Of a stretch of DNA of 64,000 bases, positions 38,137 through 51,409 are shown piece after piece (the stretch's first letter is position 1; every line of letters begins with the position of its first letter). Made by a program: the position numbers and the translations under genes. The stretch spans positions 1,993,749-2,057,748 of the forward strand of contig CP070704.1 of assembly GCA_020349945.1 (NCBI GenBank). Reading direction: 5' to 3'. The notes under the pieces are model-generated. The model was not told the DNA's origin. It did no database searches and was given only the letters and a program-made list of their open reading frames with translations. The stretch comes from Deltaproteobacteria bacterium (GTDB lineage Bacteria; Desulfobacterota; DSM-4660; Desulfatiglandales; B25-G16).

Positions 38137-38976
38137 TCAGGCCTTTCCGGTAGAACCGAAGAGTTGAAGTTTCGCACAGACCACAACCTGCATGGCCTCA
38201 GTTGCACCTCGCATCAGCCCTATCAAATCCCGTGAGTCAGCCAGATGATCTTTGAGCGCACCCAGATAGGCTTCACGCAGTTCCGTGTTGACATTTAACT
38301 TGCACACGCCTAGTTCGACTGCGCGGCTCACCATGCGTTCCGGCAGACCTGAGGCACCGTGGAGGACAATGGGGACGGAAACGGCCTTCCGTATGGCACA
38401 GAGGCGATCAAAGTCCAGTCGTGGCTCACTACTGTAGCGTCCGTGGATATTGCCGATACAAACCGCCAGGGCATCAGTCCCTGTTCGGGCGACAAAGTCA
38501 GTTGCCTGGTCAGGGTCAGTGAGTTTTGCCTCATATTCTTCAACCGCCAGGCCATCCTCCTGACCTGCAAGCCGGCCTAACTCCGCCTCGACAGTACCCC
38601 CGTGCTCGTGGGTCAGGGCAACCATTTCACAGGTAAAGGCAACATTATCAGCATAGGAAAGGTGTGAACCATCTGCCATAACAGAGGCGAGCCCGGCAGC
38701 AAGGGCTGCCCGAATGTCATCCGAAGAGGTACTGTGGTCCAGGTGAACCGCCATGGGGACGCACGCTTCCCGAGCAGCAGCAAGGCAAAGCGCAACAAGG
38801 GGTATTCCTCCGTGCCTAAACGCACTGGGATGGATTTGAAGTATGGCAGGACTGCGCTCTTCCTGGGCTGCGGCAACTACGGCTCGGACACCCTCAAGAT
38901 TATAAACATTAAATGCACCCAGTGCATAACCCTTTTCCCTGGCTGCCTCCATAAGCGCGATCATTGTGCTAAGCAT
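38137..38976 (-). CDS. Class II (metal-dependent) ketose-bisphosphate aldolase (FBA/tagatose-bisphosphate aldolase family)
   Basis: GYALGAFNVYNLEG, VHLDHS, DGSHL, NIHG and LHGASG are the conserved class II aldolase segments. Confidence 0.8.
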   Translation of the reverse strand: MLSTMIALMEAAREKGYALGAFNVYNLEGVRAVVAAAQEERSPAILQIHPSAFRHGGIPLVALCLAAAREACVPMAVHLDHSTSSDDIRAALAAGLASVMADGSHLSYADNVAFTCEMVALTHEHGGTVEAELGRLAGQEDGLAVEEYEAKLTDPDQATDFVARTGTDALAVCIGNIHGRYSSEPRLDFDRLCAIRKAVSVPIVLHGASGLPERMVSRAVELGVCKLNVNTELREAYLGALKDHLADSRDLIGLMRGATEAMQVVVCAKLQLFGSTGKA

Positions 38977-39096
38977 AGGATTGCTCCTGCATTCCTGGGT
39001 TCAGCGCCTTCATAGGGACATTCAGATGAAAAAGACAGATGGGAAACAGGTCCCGAATCCGAGGCTATTTGAAAACACGGCTCCTTTATAATTTCC

Positions 39097-40092
39097 CTAT
39101 TTCCTGGAAACTGGTGCGATCTCCTTCGGAACAAGCACGATTTCAATCCGCCGATTCTTAGCCCGTCCCTCTTCTGTCTCATTGGAGTCAACAGGCTGGT
39201 ATTCGCCGTAGCCTGTGGCGGAGAGTAAGCTGGGATTGATGCCAGTTTTTTCCTGCAAATATCTGGCAACATTAGTAGCCCGGGCCGCCGAGAGTTCCCA
39301 ATTGGTGGGGTACTTCTTTCTGAGCTCAGCTCCGATGGGAACATTGTCCGTGTGCCCCTCTATGTTGATAGCCCTGTCCTCCACGTTCAACAAAATGCTC
39401 CCTACTCGCTCCAATACTTCAAAGCCCTGGGGCTTAATGGTGGTTTTTCCGGAGTCAAAGAGGATTTCGTCTAGCATATTCACCTTCAGTTTTCCCCTCA
39501 ATTGCGTGATTGTAATCTCGCCCTTCTCTATCTCGGATTTCATATCCTCGAGTAAATTTTCGTATGTGCCCCTCATCTGTTCCATCTCTTCTTCCCTCTG
39601 GCGTTCCAAGGTCTCAGTCTCAGACTGTAAGGACTCAATCTGATCCTGGAAATTGTCTACATTCTGGCTCAGATCCTTATTTTCCTCTTTCAAGAGGCTG
39701 TTTTCCTTCTTCAGGTCAGCAACATGAGCCCTGAGGTCTACGATGTTTTTGCTCAGGGTATCTGATTTGGCCTCTAGAATGTTCTCCAGTTCAAGATTTT
39801 CCTCTTTCAGTCGGGCGATCTCCTTCTCGAGGGAAAGGTTTTTGAGCTGCAACTGGGTTCTCGCTTCCTCCAGATCATCCCTTGCCCCCTGGAGGTCGAT
39901 TACTTGTTTATCGAGGGCCTCTTTTTCTCCCTCTAACTTGTCATGTTCGGACCTTAGTGCCAGCAATTCCTCCGAGACCTTTTCGCCCTCCTGAACCTTC
40001 AGTAAATAATCCTTTTTGCTGACGCAACTGCCCGTAACGATTAAGCTCAGAGTTAATGAGATAATACAGATAACGTGCCTCTTACAATTCAT
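39097..40092 (-). CDS. Lipoprotein-like coiled-coil protein with a C-terminal OmpA/MotB peptidoglycan-binding domain
   Basis: Signal peptide ending ...LIVTGSC, then about 170 aa of heptad-rich E/L/K sequence, then IEGHTDNVPIG....YPTNWELSAARATNVARYL.....RAKNRRIEIV. Confidence 0.8.
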   Translation of the reverse strand: MNCKRHVICIISLTLSLIVTGSCVSKKDYLLKVQEGEKVSEELLALRSEHDKLEGEKEALDKQVIDLQGARDDLEEARTQLQLKNLSLEKEIARLKEENLELENILEAKSDTLSKNIVDLRAHVADLKKENSLLKEENKDLSQNVDNFQDQIESLQSETETLERQREEEMEQMRGTYENLLEDMKSEIEKGEITITQLRGKLKVNMLDEILFDSGKTTIKPQGFEVLERVGSILLNVEDRAINIEGHTDNVPIGAELRKKYPTNWELSAARATNVARYLQEKTGINPSLLSATGYGEYQPVDSNETEEGRAKNRRIEIVLVPKEIAPVSRK

Positions 40093-40493
40093 TGTTCCCT
40101 CCTTTTGACTTCCTTATCTGTTATTTTGTCAAGATACGTATCGGCCCACATCGATCGACTGAGGTCCAGGGAAATCCGACTCGAGCCAGGTTAGCCTACC
40201 AAAATCAAGGCTAGAATACAAATTTTTCTGACAACAGAGGTAAAACAGTACTTCACTATAAAATAGCAACAGAATTTGCAAGCATCTTTTGAAGCCCTGC
40301 AGGTTTCTGGCACGCTCAGTCGCGAGATAAATCGCCAAGATGTTGTGCGTTCCTGGAGTTCTGCAAATGTATAGCCTGCATGTACTATTCAAGGCCTCAA
40401 GCCTTTTAAGGCCAATTCGATAGCCAGACCGCTCAATGAAAATGATAAAACAGCCGGTATGAGAGGTGACTACTCAGTTAAAATAAATGATTT

Positions 40494-41093
40494 CTATTGT
40501 TCAAATGTTAGCTGATAGGCAAAGGAGGCATTTATGTTAAGAAATTGAACCTGTATATCTTCAGGAAATGGTGGAAAGGGGGTTGCCGATCTTATAGAGT
40601 CAAGGGCATACGTGTCAAGGATTCCGTGCCCGGAGGAGCGGGCTATGTCACAACTAATGAGGTTACCATCTCTATCCAATCTGAAGACTATGAGAAGACT
40701 GCCCTGAATAAGGTTCTCTCGGGCAGATAATGGATACATCCAATGGCTCAGTATCCTATCCTTGAGCAGCTTTGTATATGGATGATAGGTAGGATCCCTG
40801 GTATCCAAGGAGATTGTTGCCTCTTTGTTTTCCACAGGGGGTTCAGTAGGAATTTGACTGGTAGCAGGTTGGTTTTCTTCGCTATCCTTCATAATCTCTT
40901 TGACGGGAGGACGCATCAAATATACCCTATAGGCGTGCTTACCCCTGAACCATGGTAGAGGCAAGATACCCTGAAAGGCCATAATGGTACTTGCGTGGAT
41001 TATAACTGATAAAAGAAATGCAATAAGGATAATCTGCTTTCCCTGTGGCCCTGCGTAATAGCTATTTACGTTTCTTGATTCTCTTTGGCCCAT
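40494..41093 (-). CDS. TonB-family protein (C-terminal TonB domain)
   Basis: A TM anchor (IILIAFLLSVIIHAS), a Pro/Glu-rich linker and a C-terminal domain YPLSARENLIQGSLLIVFRLDRDGNL..CDIARSSGHGILD..AL..IR...PFPPFP. The start is uncertain: the ORF opens at 41174, while ATG 41093 reduces the overlap with the upstream gene to 32 nt. Confidence 0.7.
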   Translation of the reverse strand: MGQRESRNVNSYYAGPQGKQIILIAFLLSVIIHASTIMAFQGILPLPWFRGKHAYRVYLMRPPVKEIMKDSEENQPATSQIPTEPPVENKEATISLDTRDPTYHPYTKLLKDRILSHWMYPLSARENLIQGSLLIVFRLDRDGNLISCDIARSSGHGILDTYALDSIRSATPFPPFPEDIQVQFLNINASFAYQLTFEQ

Positions 41094-41678
41094 TGACCCA
41101 TAGTCCCTCATTCTTCTTAAACCACCAATCGCTGCTATCTGTCTTGATAATTTCATGAGCCAGCTTTTTGGCAATATCCGTAGTAAGGCGCTTAATCGAG
41201 TATCTCATCCATTCGGCAGCGGATTGGTTTCCCAGATCCTGTTGTCTTTTAAGCTCCAAGATAAAATCAAGCTGGTCAGCATCCTGAGATAACCTTGCCT
41301 CGAGGGTTTCCCTGGAATTAAATTCATGGATTAGGGATACAATTTCTTCACCACTAGGAAGTTTTCGGGCTAGATCTCTGACTGCCTTATCCTCATTCAC
41401 AATAACGTACCGCTTGTTTACATAGTTGTGATCGCCCGTTCTGGCCTCATGAAAATCGTGAAAGAGGCTCATTAAGACAACCTTTTGTGTGTCTGCTTTC
41501 TGCTCATTTTTTCCGAGCAGGTAGGCTATAACAGCAACCCTGAAGGAATGCTCAGCTACTGATTCACCACCGGTGCCCAAGAATTCGTAACCAGACCTCG
41601 GGACCCTCTTTAATATGCCTACCTCGAAAAGAAAATTCACGATATCTCTCATGAGAAGTGCTCTGCCAACGTCAGATG

Positions 41679-41697
<19 letters not shown>
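41062..41697 (-). CDS. HD-domain phosphohydrolase (YfbR-like 5'-nucleotidase family)
   Basis: ESVAEHSFRVAVIAYLL, LFHDFHEARTGD and SQDADQLDFILE. Confidence 0.75.
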
Positions 41698-44893
<3,196 letters not shown>

Positions 44894-44960
44894 ATGGAAA
44901 AACCCTTACCCCGATAAATCCTAAACAGTGCCTTTACCGCTCAGGTTTGGTCTCTGGCAT

Positions 44961-45446
44961 TTAAAACCTCTTAAACAGATTATCCATCTCTCTTTTTAGA
45001 TTATCTGGCACCAGATAAAGATCCTTATCGGATAAAATGGCAAATGAGGCCTCTGCTCTGGCAAGGATATTCTTATCCTCATCTTGAATCAATCCCCTTG
45101 CCTTGCACAAATACCTGTTTTGCCCCTCTATCATCGTACCCTTAACAGTCAACAATCTATACAGGGGAACTGGCCTGACGTACTTAATCCTCATACTTCT
45201 TGTAACGAAAAAGGTTCTCCTGAAATATATCACAGCCCACGACATCACCTCATCTAAAAGGGTCGATACGATACCTCCGTGGGCCATATTTTCCCATCCC
45301 TCATAATTCTTCTCAAGGGTTATATCTGAACAGACATATCCTCCCCGTCTGTAAAAACGTAGATTGAGCCCTATTGGGTTTGCAGTTCCACAGGCAAAAC
45401 AGTTGTAGCCTTCCAGTTTTGGAATATCCTCCATAATTTCATCCAC
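44961..45446 (-). CDS. PaaI/hotdog-fold thioesterase with an N-terminal Cys pair
   Basis: YNCFACGTANPIGL followed by HGGIVSTLLDEVMSWA, the typical PaaI-family active-site region. Confidence 0.7.
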   Translation of the reverse strand: MDEIMEDIPKLEGYNCFACGTANPIGLNLRFYRRGGYVCSDITLEKNYEGWENMAHGGIVSTLLDEVMSWAVIYFRRTFFVTRSMRIKYVRPVPLYRLLTVKGTMIEGQNRYLCKARGLIQDEDKNILARAEASFAILSDKDLYLVPDNLKREMDNLFKRF

Positions 45447-45701
45447 CTTAAGAGCTCTTTAGCTTTCCCGCAATAGTGTGCCGGACCATATCCTGATTTC
45501 ACTCATGACCAATCTCCACCCCCCTTATCAGTCTGAGGATACTATCATGGTCGGTCAATCCGTTCAATCTCATGTTCAGCACGGCTGTTCTTACTGCCAG
45601 AGGACCACCGTAATATGGACAGCCTCCCAAGAAATCAGGAAACTTCTTCACGATTTGGAGGGCCTTCAATTCCTGTCTCAGCAAGGAAATTTATGTAAGG
45701 G

Positions 45702-46187
45702 ATGTTGTCATTTTTTATTCCTGTCTGCAAGGATATTTTGTTGACATGGCACAAGATTTTTTGTAATAAACACCGCTTAAAAAAGATCAACAAGAGTTTA
45801 GAGGTACTGGCCTTATTGAGATCATTTAATATAGTTTGCCCGTTCTGCGAAGACATCTATCCCGTTCCAGATAACGTCGATAAGATTTACAGATGTCAAT
45901 GCGGGGCAGTATATAAAATAGCCTGGCGGTCCGATATGGAAGATGCTGTGAACCAGTTAGTAAGGTTCTTTGTGAAAGACGAGAGCTCTTTAAAAAGTAG
46001 ATCAGAGGATAATGTATTATGCCATGCAGTTATCTATGAGGATATAGGGAATTTGATAAGAATGAAGATGGAATATGAAGCACTTAAATATATTCGCCCG
46101 GCCCAAAGCTTTGACCAGGATTATCCTCAAAAGGTTGGTCTTGTCTGGTTAGGTAATTATAAGGGAAAACATCTCCGCTTTTCATAG
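45702..46187 (+). CDS. Hypothetical protein with a C4 zinc-ribbon (start uncertain)
   Basis: CPFCEDIYPVPDNVDKIYRCQCG. No recognisable family. The N-terminal ~40 aa look non-coding, and an internal TTG just before RSFNIVCPFC is possible. Confidence 0.3.
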   Translation: MLSFFIPVCKDILLTWHKIFCNKHRLKKINKSLEVLALLRSFNIVCPFCEDIYPVPDNVDKIYRCQCGAVYKIAWRSDMEDAVNQLVRFFVKDESSLKSRSEDNVLCHAVIYEDIGNLIRMKMEYEALKYIRPAQSFDQDYPQKVGLVWLGNYKGKHLRFS

Positions 46188-46550
46188 TTTCAACCTTTAC
46201 CCCGTTAGGAAAGTCTGCCTCACCATAACATCTCATAGCATATGTCACGGGTTCAGTTCTATCTTTGACGTTTATTTCTCCGCTTTAAAGACTCATTGGG
46301 CCCTTTGCAACCGTTCCGGCAAGTTGTTCCCTTGTGGCGGAATGCACATATGAACCCAGATAGACTTCGCAGTGAACATATACTGGGTAGCCTTCTATTC
46401 AATACGCCATATTATTTAAGGGCGGATTTTCCCTGAGCTTAACTGTACCCAGGGCGCGATAAACTTTCTCACCTGGTCTTACCAGGATGTAGCGAGGTTC
46501 AATAAGAAGAAGTTACTGGATATCAAAAAACCGTGAATCCTAGATGGTGC

Positions 46551-47984
46551 TCAGGGTGAAGAATTTTCGCTTAATCTTCTCAGGATGTCCCAGAAGGCGC
46601 CTCGATAGCCGTTTTTGATAGCCTCCATTAATAGGGAATTGTCGTTATAGTTATAGTTCTGAGCCGCTTGTTCTTTGCTAACAAAGAAAAAGCGGCTGTC
46701 GCCTTTAATTACCTCCCCAATATATGATTCAATATCATCACCAAGTTCATCGGATACATAGAATATGGGCCTTAACATATTGTCATCAAGTGTCCCCTGA
46801 AGAAAGGGGTTCTGCCTGGTTACCCCCTGTTTTTTGACCATTTTCCCCAATGGAGTATCTGGGTATAGCCGAACACCGAGGCTTATGCCTACCCTGGGAG
46901 GCTCAAGACTTTTCATTAATTCAAGGGTTTCCTTGATCGTCTGGCGCGTCTCACCAGGTCCGCCGAATAACAGGTCGAGCATAAAGGAGAAGCCGTGGCG
47001 ATGACATAATCGAGTCAGCCTGCTGATATCAGTTACCCGGTGCAGATGGCCCAGCCGCTGAAGCTGGCCGTCGTTACCGGAATCGACTGTAAAATCTATA
47101 CCTGCGCATCCTGCCCTCCGCATGAGATCTGCAAGCTCTTCGGAAAAGGGCACGGGTACGCAATAAGCATACCATTGAATCTTATCACCTAGGTGCTGCT
47201 CGATGATAGCCCGACAAATAGCCTTGGCATGCTCTTCTGGTACATTAAATTCGCTGTCGGCAGTGTGGAAATAAGTTATGCCCTTTTTGAGGAGCCCTTT
47301 AAGCTCCATAGCAACGTCTCTGGGATCCCTTAATCGAATCATGCGACCTTTGGCTACACGGTCAGCGCAATAAATGCACTGCCGATCGCAGCCCCGCTTT
47401 GCCTCGAAGCCTACCATTGCCCCCTTCTTGAAATAAAGGGCATTATCTACCAGGTCGCGCTGGGCAAGGCTCATTTTATGAAGGTCAAAATACTGAGCCG
47501 GGTTAGATTTGTAGTTATCCTTATCTTTATATGATAAGCCTGGAATAGACCCATAGTCTGTTTCTTCCTGAAGGGCCTTGGCTAACATACAGAGCGCAAG
47601 CTCGCCGTCGCCACAAATGCCAAAGTCTGCATTGCAGTATTGCATTACTTGGACGGGGAATATAGAGAATCCCACGCCGCCCAGAACTATGGGACAGCGA
47701 GAGAAATTCTTTATTCTGTTTATGATTTCCTGGCTTTTCTGCAGACAGAAGTCTTGACTGGCGAGATAGGAGTCATCTACATTACGCAAGCTGATACCAA
47801 TAAACAGGTAGTCATCGTCCACAGCATGCTCGATCCCTTTATCCGCCTCATGAGAAAATCCTAGGTCTAAGAGCCTTACCTCAAATCCGGCCTGGTGGAG
47901 CCTACTGTGCAGATAATCAAGACCTACTGGTGCGACAGGCGGTTTCATCAGATTCGGATTCACCATTAGAATTTTCCGGCTCAT
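46551..47984 (-). CDS. B12-binding-domain radical SAM protein
   Basis: An N-terminal B12-like Rossmann domain (KILMVNPNL...PVAPVGLDYL...) and the radical SAM cluster RGCDRQCIYC (Cx3Cx2C). Confidence 0.8.
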   Translation of the reverse strand: MSRKILMVNPNLMKPPVAPVGLDYLHSRLHQAGFEVRLLDLGFSHEADKGIEHAVDDDYLFIGISLRNVDDSYLASQDFCLQKSQEIINRIKNFSRCPIVLGGVGFSIFPVQVMQYCNADFGICGDGELALCMLAKALQEETDYGSIPGLSYKDKDNYKSNPAQYFDLHKMSLAQRDLVDNALYFKKGAMVGFEAKRGCDRQCIYCADRVAKGRMIRLRDPRDVAMELKGLLKKGITYFHTADSEFNVPEEHAKAICRAIIEQHLGDKIQWYAYCVPVPFSEELADLMRRAGCAGIDFTVDSGNDGQLQRLGHLHRVTDISRLTRLCHRHGFSFMLDLLFGGPGETRQTIKETLELMKSLEPPRVGISLGVRLYPDTPLGKMVKKQGVTRQNPFLQGTLDDNMLRPIFYVSDELGDDIESYIGEVIKGDSRFFFVSKEQAAQNYNYNDNSLLMEAIKNGYRGAFWDILRRLSENSSP

Positions 47985-48053
47985 GCCGCTGACGCTACCC
48001 TCTCCCCCTGAGCTAGCCCATACTCATATCGGCTCCCCTGATACCTGGAGGAA

Positions 48054-49634
48054 TTAGACCTCAATAACAGCTGTCTCGATGATGTTTTCATGTTCCCTGA
48101 GCGCCTGGAGGGCCTTGGGCGGTACCGGATTGTCCACGGTAACCAGGCAGATGGCCGTGCCTTTGTCGCGAACCCGGCTCAGGTGCATGTCGGCAATGTT
48201 GACCTGAAAACTACCCAGGGTTGAGCCAATAAAGCCAATCACCCCGGGGCGGTCGAAATTGGTTATGAGCAACATACGTCCCTCCAGAGGCGCCTCCATG
48301 CGGTATTCGTCGATCTGTACAATCCGGCATTGTGGCTCAGGAAACACCGTGCCAGCCACGTGAAATTCGCCCTTGTCAGTAACCGCGCTGAGGGTAATAA
48401 GTCCCGTATACCCCCTGACCTCGGAGGTGGTGGCCACATCCAGTTCAATGCCTCGGCTGGACATAATTACCGGTGCATTCACCATATTAACCTCCTCTGC
48501 CAGGACCCATTCCAGAAATCCCTTCTGGGCGGCATTGGTCACCGGTGCCAGTTCCAGATCCCGAAGATCACCCCCATAGGCAACCCGAAGACGCTTCACG
48601 TTGCCCTGGAAATATTGGGAAAGGAAGCGGCCCAATCGCTCGGCTAGGAGCATATATGGCCGTATCCGTTCAATAATCTGGGGGCTTATGGATGGCATAT
48701 TCACCGCATTCTTGATCACCCCATTGAGGAGGTAGTCCACCATCTGCTCGGCAATGGCCGTGGCTACATTGATCTGCGCCTGCTCACTGGAGGCAGCCAG
48801 ATGGGGGGTCGCGATGATCTGGGGTAGGGCAAGCAATGGATTGTCGACCGGTGGTTCTTTAGAGAAGACATCAAGGGCAGCCCCTGCCACTATCCCCTGT
48901 TTGATGGCGTCATACAGGGCAGCCTCATCAATAATCCCACCCCTGGCGCAGTTGATGATTCGCATCCCCGGCTTCATCTTTCTAAAGGCAGGCTCGTCCA
49001 GCAGGTCTCTGGTCTCCTTTGTTAGAGGGGTATGCAGGCTAATGAAGTCGGATTCTCGAAAGAGTTCATCCAAAGAGGCGAGCTCCACCCCGAGCTTGGC
49101 AGCAACATCTGTAGAGATGTAAGGATCGTAGGCCAGCACCCTCATCTTCATGTCTGAGGCCCGATTGGCAACAATGGAGCCTATCCTTCCCAGGCCAACG
49201 ATACCCAGTGTATGATTGTAGAGCTCGGTTCCCATGAACTTCTTCTTTTCCCATTTGTAGGCCCGCATGGATTGATCCGCCTGGGCGATATGTCTAGCGA
49301 GTGCCAGCATGAGGGCCAAGGTGTGTTCAGCAGCAGCCATGGCGTTGGCCCCTGGGGTATTCATTACCAGGATGCCTTGCTGGGTGGCTGCTTCAATGTC
49401 GATATTGTCTACACCTATACCTGCGCGCCCGATTACCCGGAGGCACGATGCCCGTTCCAGAACCTCCCGGTTGATCTGGCTGCGGCTGCGAAGAACAACG
49501 CCCTCAAAACCCTCAATCCGTTCCAGGAGATCCGGGGCCTCCAGGTGCTCGTGAACCTCCACTTCGATCCCCTCGGCCTTCTCGAAAATCTTCACTCCCT
49601 GCTCATGAAGTCCATCGCAGACAAGAATCCGCAT
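48054..49634 (-). CDS. serA: D-3-phosphoglycerate dehydrogenase, long form with ASB and ACT domains
   Basis: GIVGLGRIGS, SLHTPLTKETRDL, INCARGGIIDE, TPHLAAS and a C-terminal ACT domain. Start refined to ATG 49634, preceded by AAGGAGGTGA. Confidence 0.9.
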   Translation of the reverse strand: MRILVCDGLHEQGVKIFEKAEGIEVEVHEHLEAPDLLERIEGFEGVVLRSRSQINREVLERASCLRVIGRAGIGVDNIDIEAATQQGILVMNTPGANAMAAAEHTLALMLALARHIAQADQSMRAYKWEKKKFMGTELYNHTLGIVGLGRIGSIVANRASDMKMRVLAYDPYISTDVAAKLGVELASLDELFRESDFISLHTPLTKETRDLLDEPAFRKMKPGMRIINCARGGIIDEAALYDAIKQGIVAGAALDVFSKEPPVDNPLLALPQIIATPHLAASSEQAQINVATAIAEQMVDYLLNGVIKNAVNMPSISPQIIERIRPYMLLAERLGRFLSQYFQGNVKRLRVAYGGDLRDLELAPVTNAAQKGFLEWVLAEEVNMVNAPVIMSSRGIELDVATTSEVRGYTGLITLSAVTDKGEFHVAGTVFPEPQCRIVQIDEYRMEAPLEGRMLLITNFDRPGVIGFIGSTLGSFQVNIADMHLSRVRDKGTAICLVTVDNPVPPKALQALREHENIIETAVIEV

Positions 49635-49768
49635 GGAGGTCACCTCCTTACGCCAGCAATGGCATCGAATTGGTAAAATTCCATTTTTAGCCAAGGCAGT
49701 ATAGAGCAAAGGAGCTTGTGTGTCAAGCGGGACACCTTCACAAGATATGGTATCTTGCCGTGGTTTGG

Positions 49769-51409
49769 TTATTGGCAGGCTTGGGGCGAGATAAACTCGA
49801 GCTTTTCCCCATCAAATAATCCTTTGTCACTCAGCTTTATCTTAGGAATAACGAGCAAGGCCATGAAGGATAGAGTCATAAAAGGTGCATGCAATGTTGA
49901 GCCAAAGGATTTGGCCATATTGTCTATATCGGTATATTTCTGTGCAACATCGGAATAATTCTCGTTGCTCATGATCCCCGCTATGGGCAGAGCGAGAAGT
50001 GCTTGCTTGTCCTCGGATACTGCGCTTATGCCTCCTTTCCTGTCAACGCTCAGATTGACCGCCCTGCATATGTCTTCATCAGCAACTCCAACAGCTATGA
50101 TATTGTGTGAGTCATGGGCCACGCTGGAGGCAATAGCCCCCTTTTTCAGGCCGAAATTTTTGACAAAGCCGATTGCTACTGGCGCGTCTTTGTAGCGGTT
50201 TACTACCGCCATTTTGAGAATATCTCCTTCAACATCGGATACAACATATCCATCGAGCACCTTTGGAGTTACAACTAGTCTGTTCGTGATTAATTGACCG
50301 TCTATGGCTTCGATCACATTGAGGTCGGCCTTCTTGTGCGGAAGGGCAAAATCTGCAACCTTCTTCTTGCCCACCGTAAAATTATTTACTATCCTAGGTG
50401 CCCTGTTAGGTATCAGGGATCTGCCTTCTTCTGCCACGATTTCTCCGTTGATATACGTTTTTAACACCCTAAAATCATGGATACTATCTAGTAGGAGAAA
50501 ATCAGCATAATCTCCAACACGCAAGAGCCCCACATCCAATCTGTAATGCAGAACAGGATTCACACATGCAACCCTCAGGACCTTCATTATATCAATGCCG
50601 TGATTCAGCGCCCTCTTTACCAGATCATTCATGTGTCCTTTTACGAGATCATCTGGATGTCTATCATCACTGCAGAACATGCAGCTTTCGTGATGCTCAT
50701 CTACAATAGGAATCAGTTCGTCAAGGTTCTTGGCGGCTGAGCCCTCTCTAATCTGGACCTTTACTCCCAGCCTGATCTTTTCCAGTGCCTCCTCCTTAGT
50801 GAAACACTCGTGGTCGGTGGAGATCCCTGCATTTACATACTTCTCCAGGGGTTTACCCCTCAGCCCTGGGGCATGGCCATCTATTACCTTCGAATATTTT
50901 TTCGCAATGCCGATCTTTCTACTAATAACACCCTCACCATTCAGCACCTGGGGGAAGTTCATGACCTCCCCTAGGTATTTTATGTCCTCCAGTCTTAAGA
51001 GCTCTTCTACCTGCTCTGGACCTATAGATGCACCATTGGTCTCGAAGTTGGATGCTGGTACACAGGAAGGAGCGCCGAAGTAGAACTTCAGGGGCACTAT
51101 CCCTGAATCTTCTATCATATATTGTACTCCATCCACCCCTAAAACGTTGGCTATCTCATGAGGATCAGAGACAGCGGCTACTGTTCCATGAATTACCGCA
51201 ACCCTGGCGAACTCCGAGGGTGTCAGCGTCGAGCTCTCTATATGGATGTGGGAGTCAACAAGACCAGGTATAATATAGTTACTGTATTCACTATCTTCCC
51301 GGAGGATACCGACTATTCTATCCTTGGAAATCTTCAGTGTTCCGGGATATATCTCGGAGTTTAAGACATCGACAATGTTACCTGAAACTGCTTTTCCGTT
51401 TCCCTTCAT
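49769..51409 (-). CDS. ade: Adenine deaminase
   Basis: 546 aa. PGLVDSHIHIESS (metal-binding HxH), GISTDHEC, and the overall length and N-terminal pattern of the Ade family. Confidence 0.85.
   Translation of the reverse strand: MKGNGKAVSGNIVDVLNSEIYPGTLKISKDRIVGILREDSEYSNYIIPGLVDSHIHIESSTLTPSEFARVAVIHGTVAAVSDPHEIANVLGVDGVQYMIEDSGIVPLKFYFGAPSCVPASNFETNGASIGPEQVEELLRLEDIKYLGEVMNFPQVLNGEGVISRKIGIAKKYSKVIDGHAPGLRGKPLEKYVNAGISTDHECFTKEEALEKIRLGVKVQIREGSAAKNLDELIPIVDEHHESCMFCSDDRHPDDLVKGHMNDLVKRALNHGIDIMKVLRVACVNPVLHYRLDVGLLRVGDYADFLLLDSIHDFRVLKTYINGEIVAEEGRSLIPNRAPRIVNNFTVGKKKVADFALPHKKADLNVIEAIDGQLITNRLVVTPKVLDGYVVSDVEGDILKMAVVNRYKDAPVAIGFVKNFGLKKGAIASSVAHDSHNIIAVGVADEDICRAVNLSVDRKGGISAVSEDKQALLALPIAGIMSNENYSDVAQKYTDIDNMAKSFGSTLHAPFMTLSFMALLVIPKIKLSDKGLFDGEKLEFISPQACQ

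Noticed and set aside
40093-40493. RNase P RNA, tmRNA, SRP or 6S RNA in the long ORF-free spacer
   Set aside because: None of the universally conserved motifs I know (for example GAGGAAAGTCCGG for RNase P, a tRNA-like GGGG...TCCACCA end for tmRNA) are present on either strand.
45499-45684. A 61-aa minus-strand ORF (…FLGGCPYYGGPLAVRTAVLNMRLNGLTDHDSILRLIRG…) that faintly resembles the C-terminal part of thioredoxin-like [2Fe-2S] ferredoxins / NuoE
   Set aside because: It has a TTG start without an RBS, only one of the expected cysteines, and no supporting context. It is too weak to call even as a remnant.
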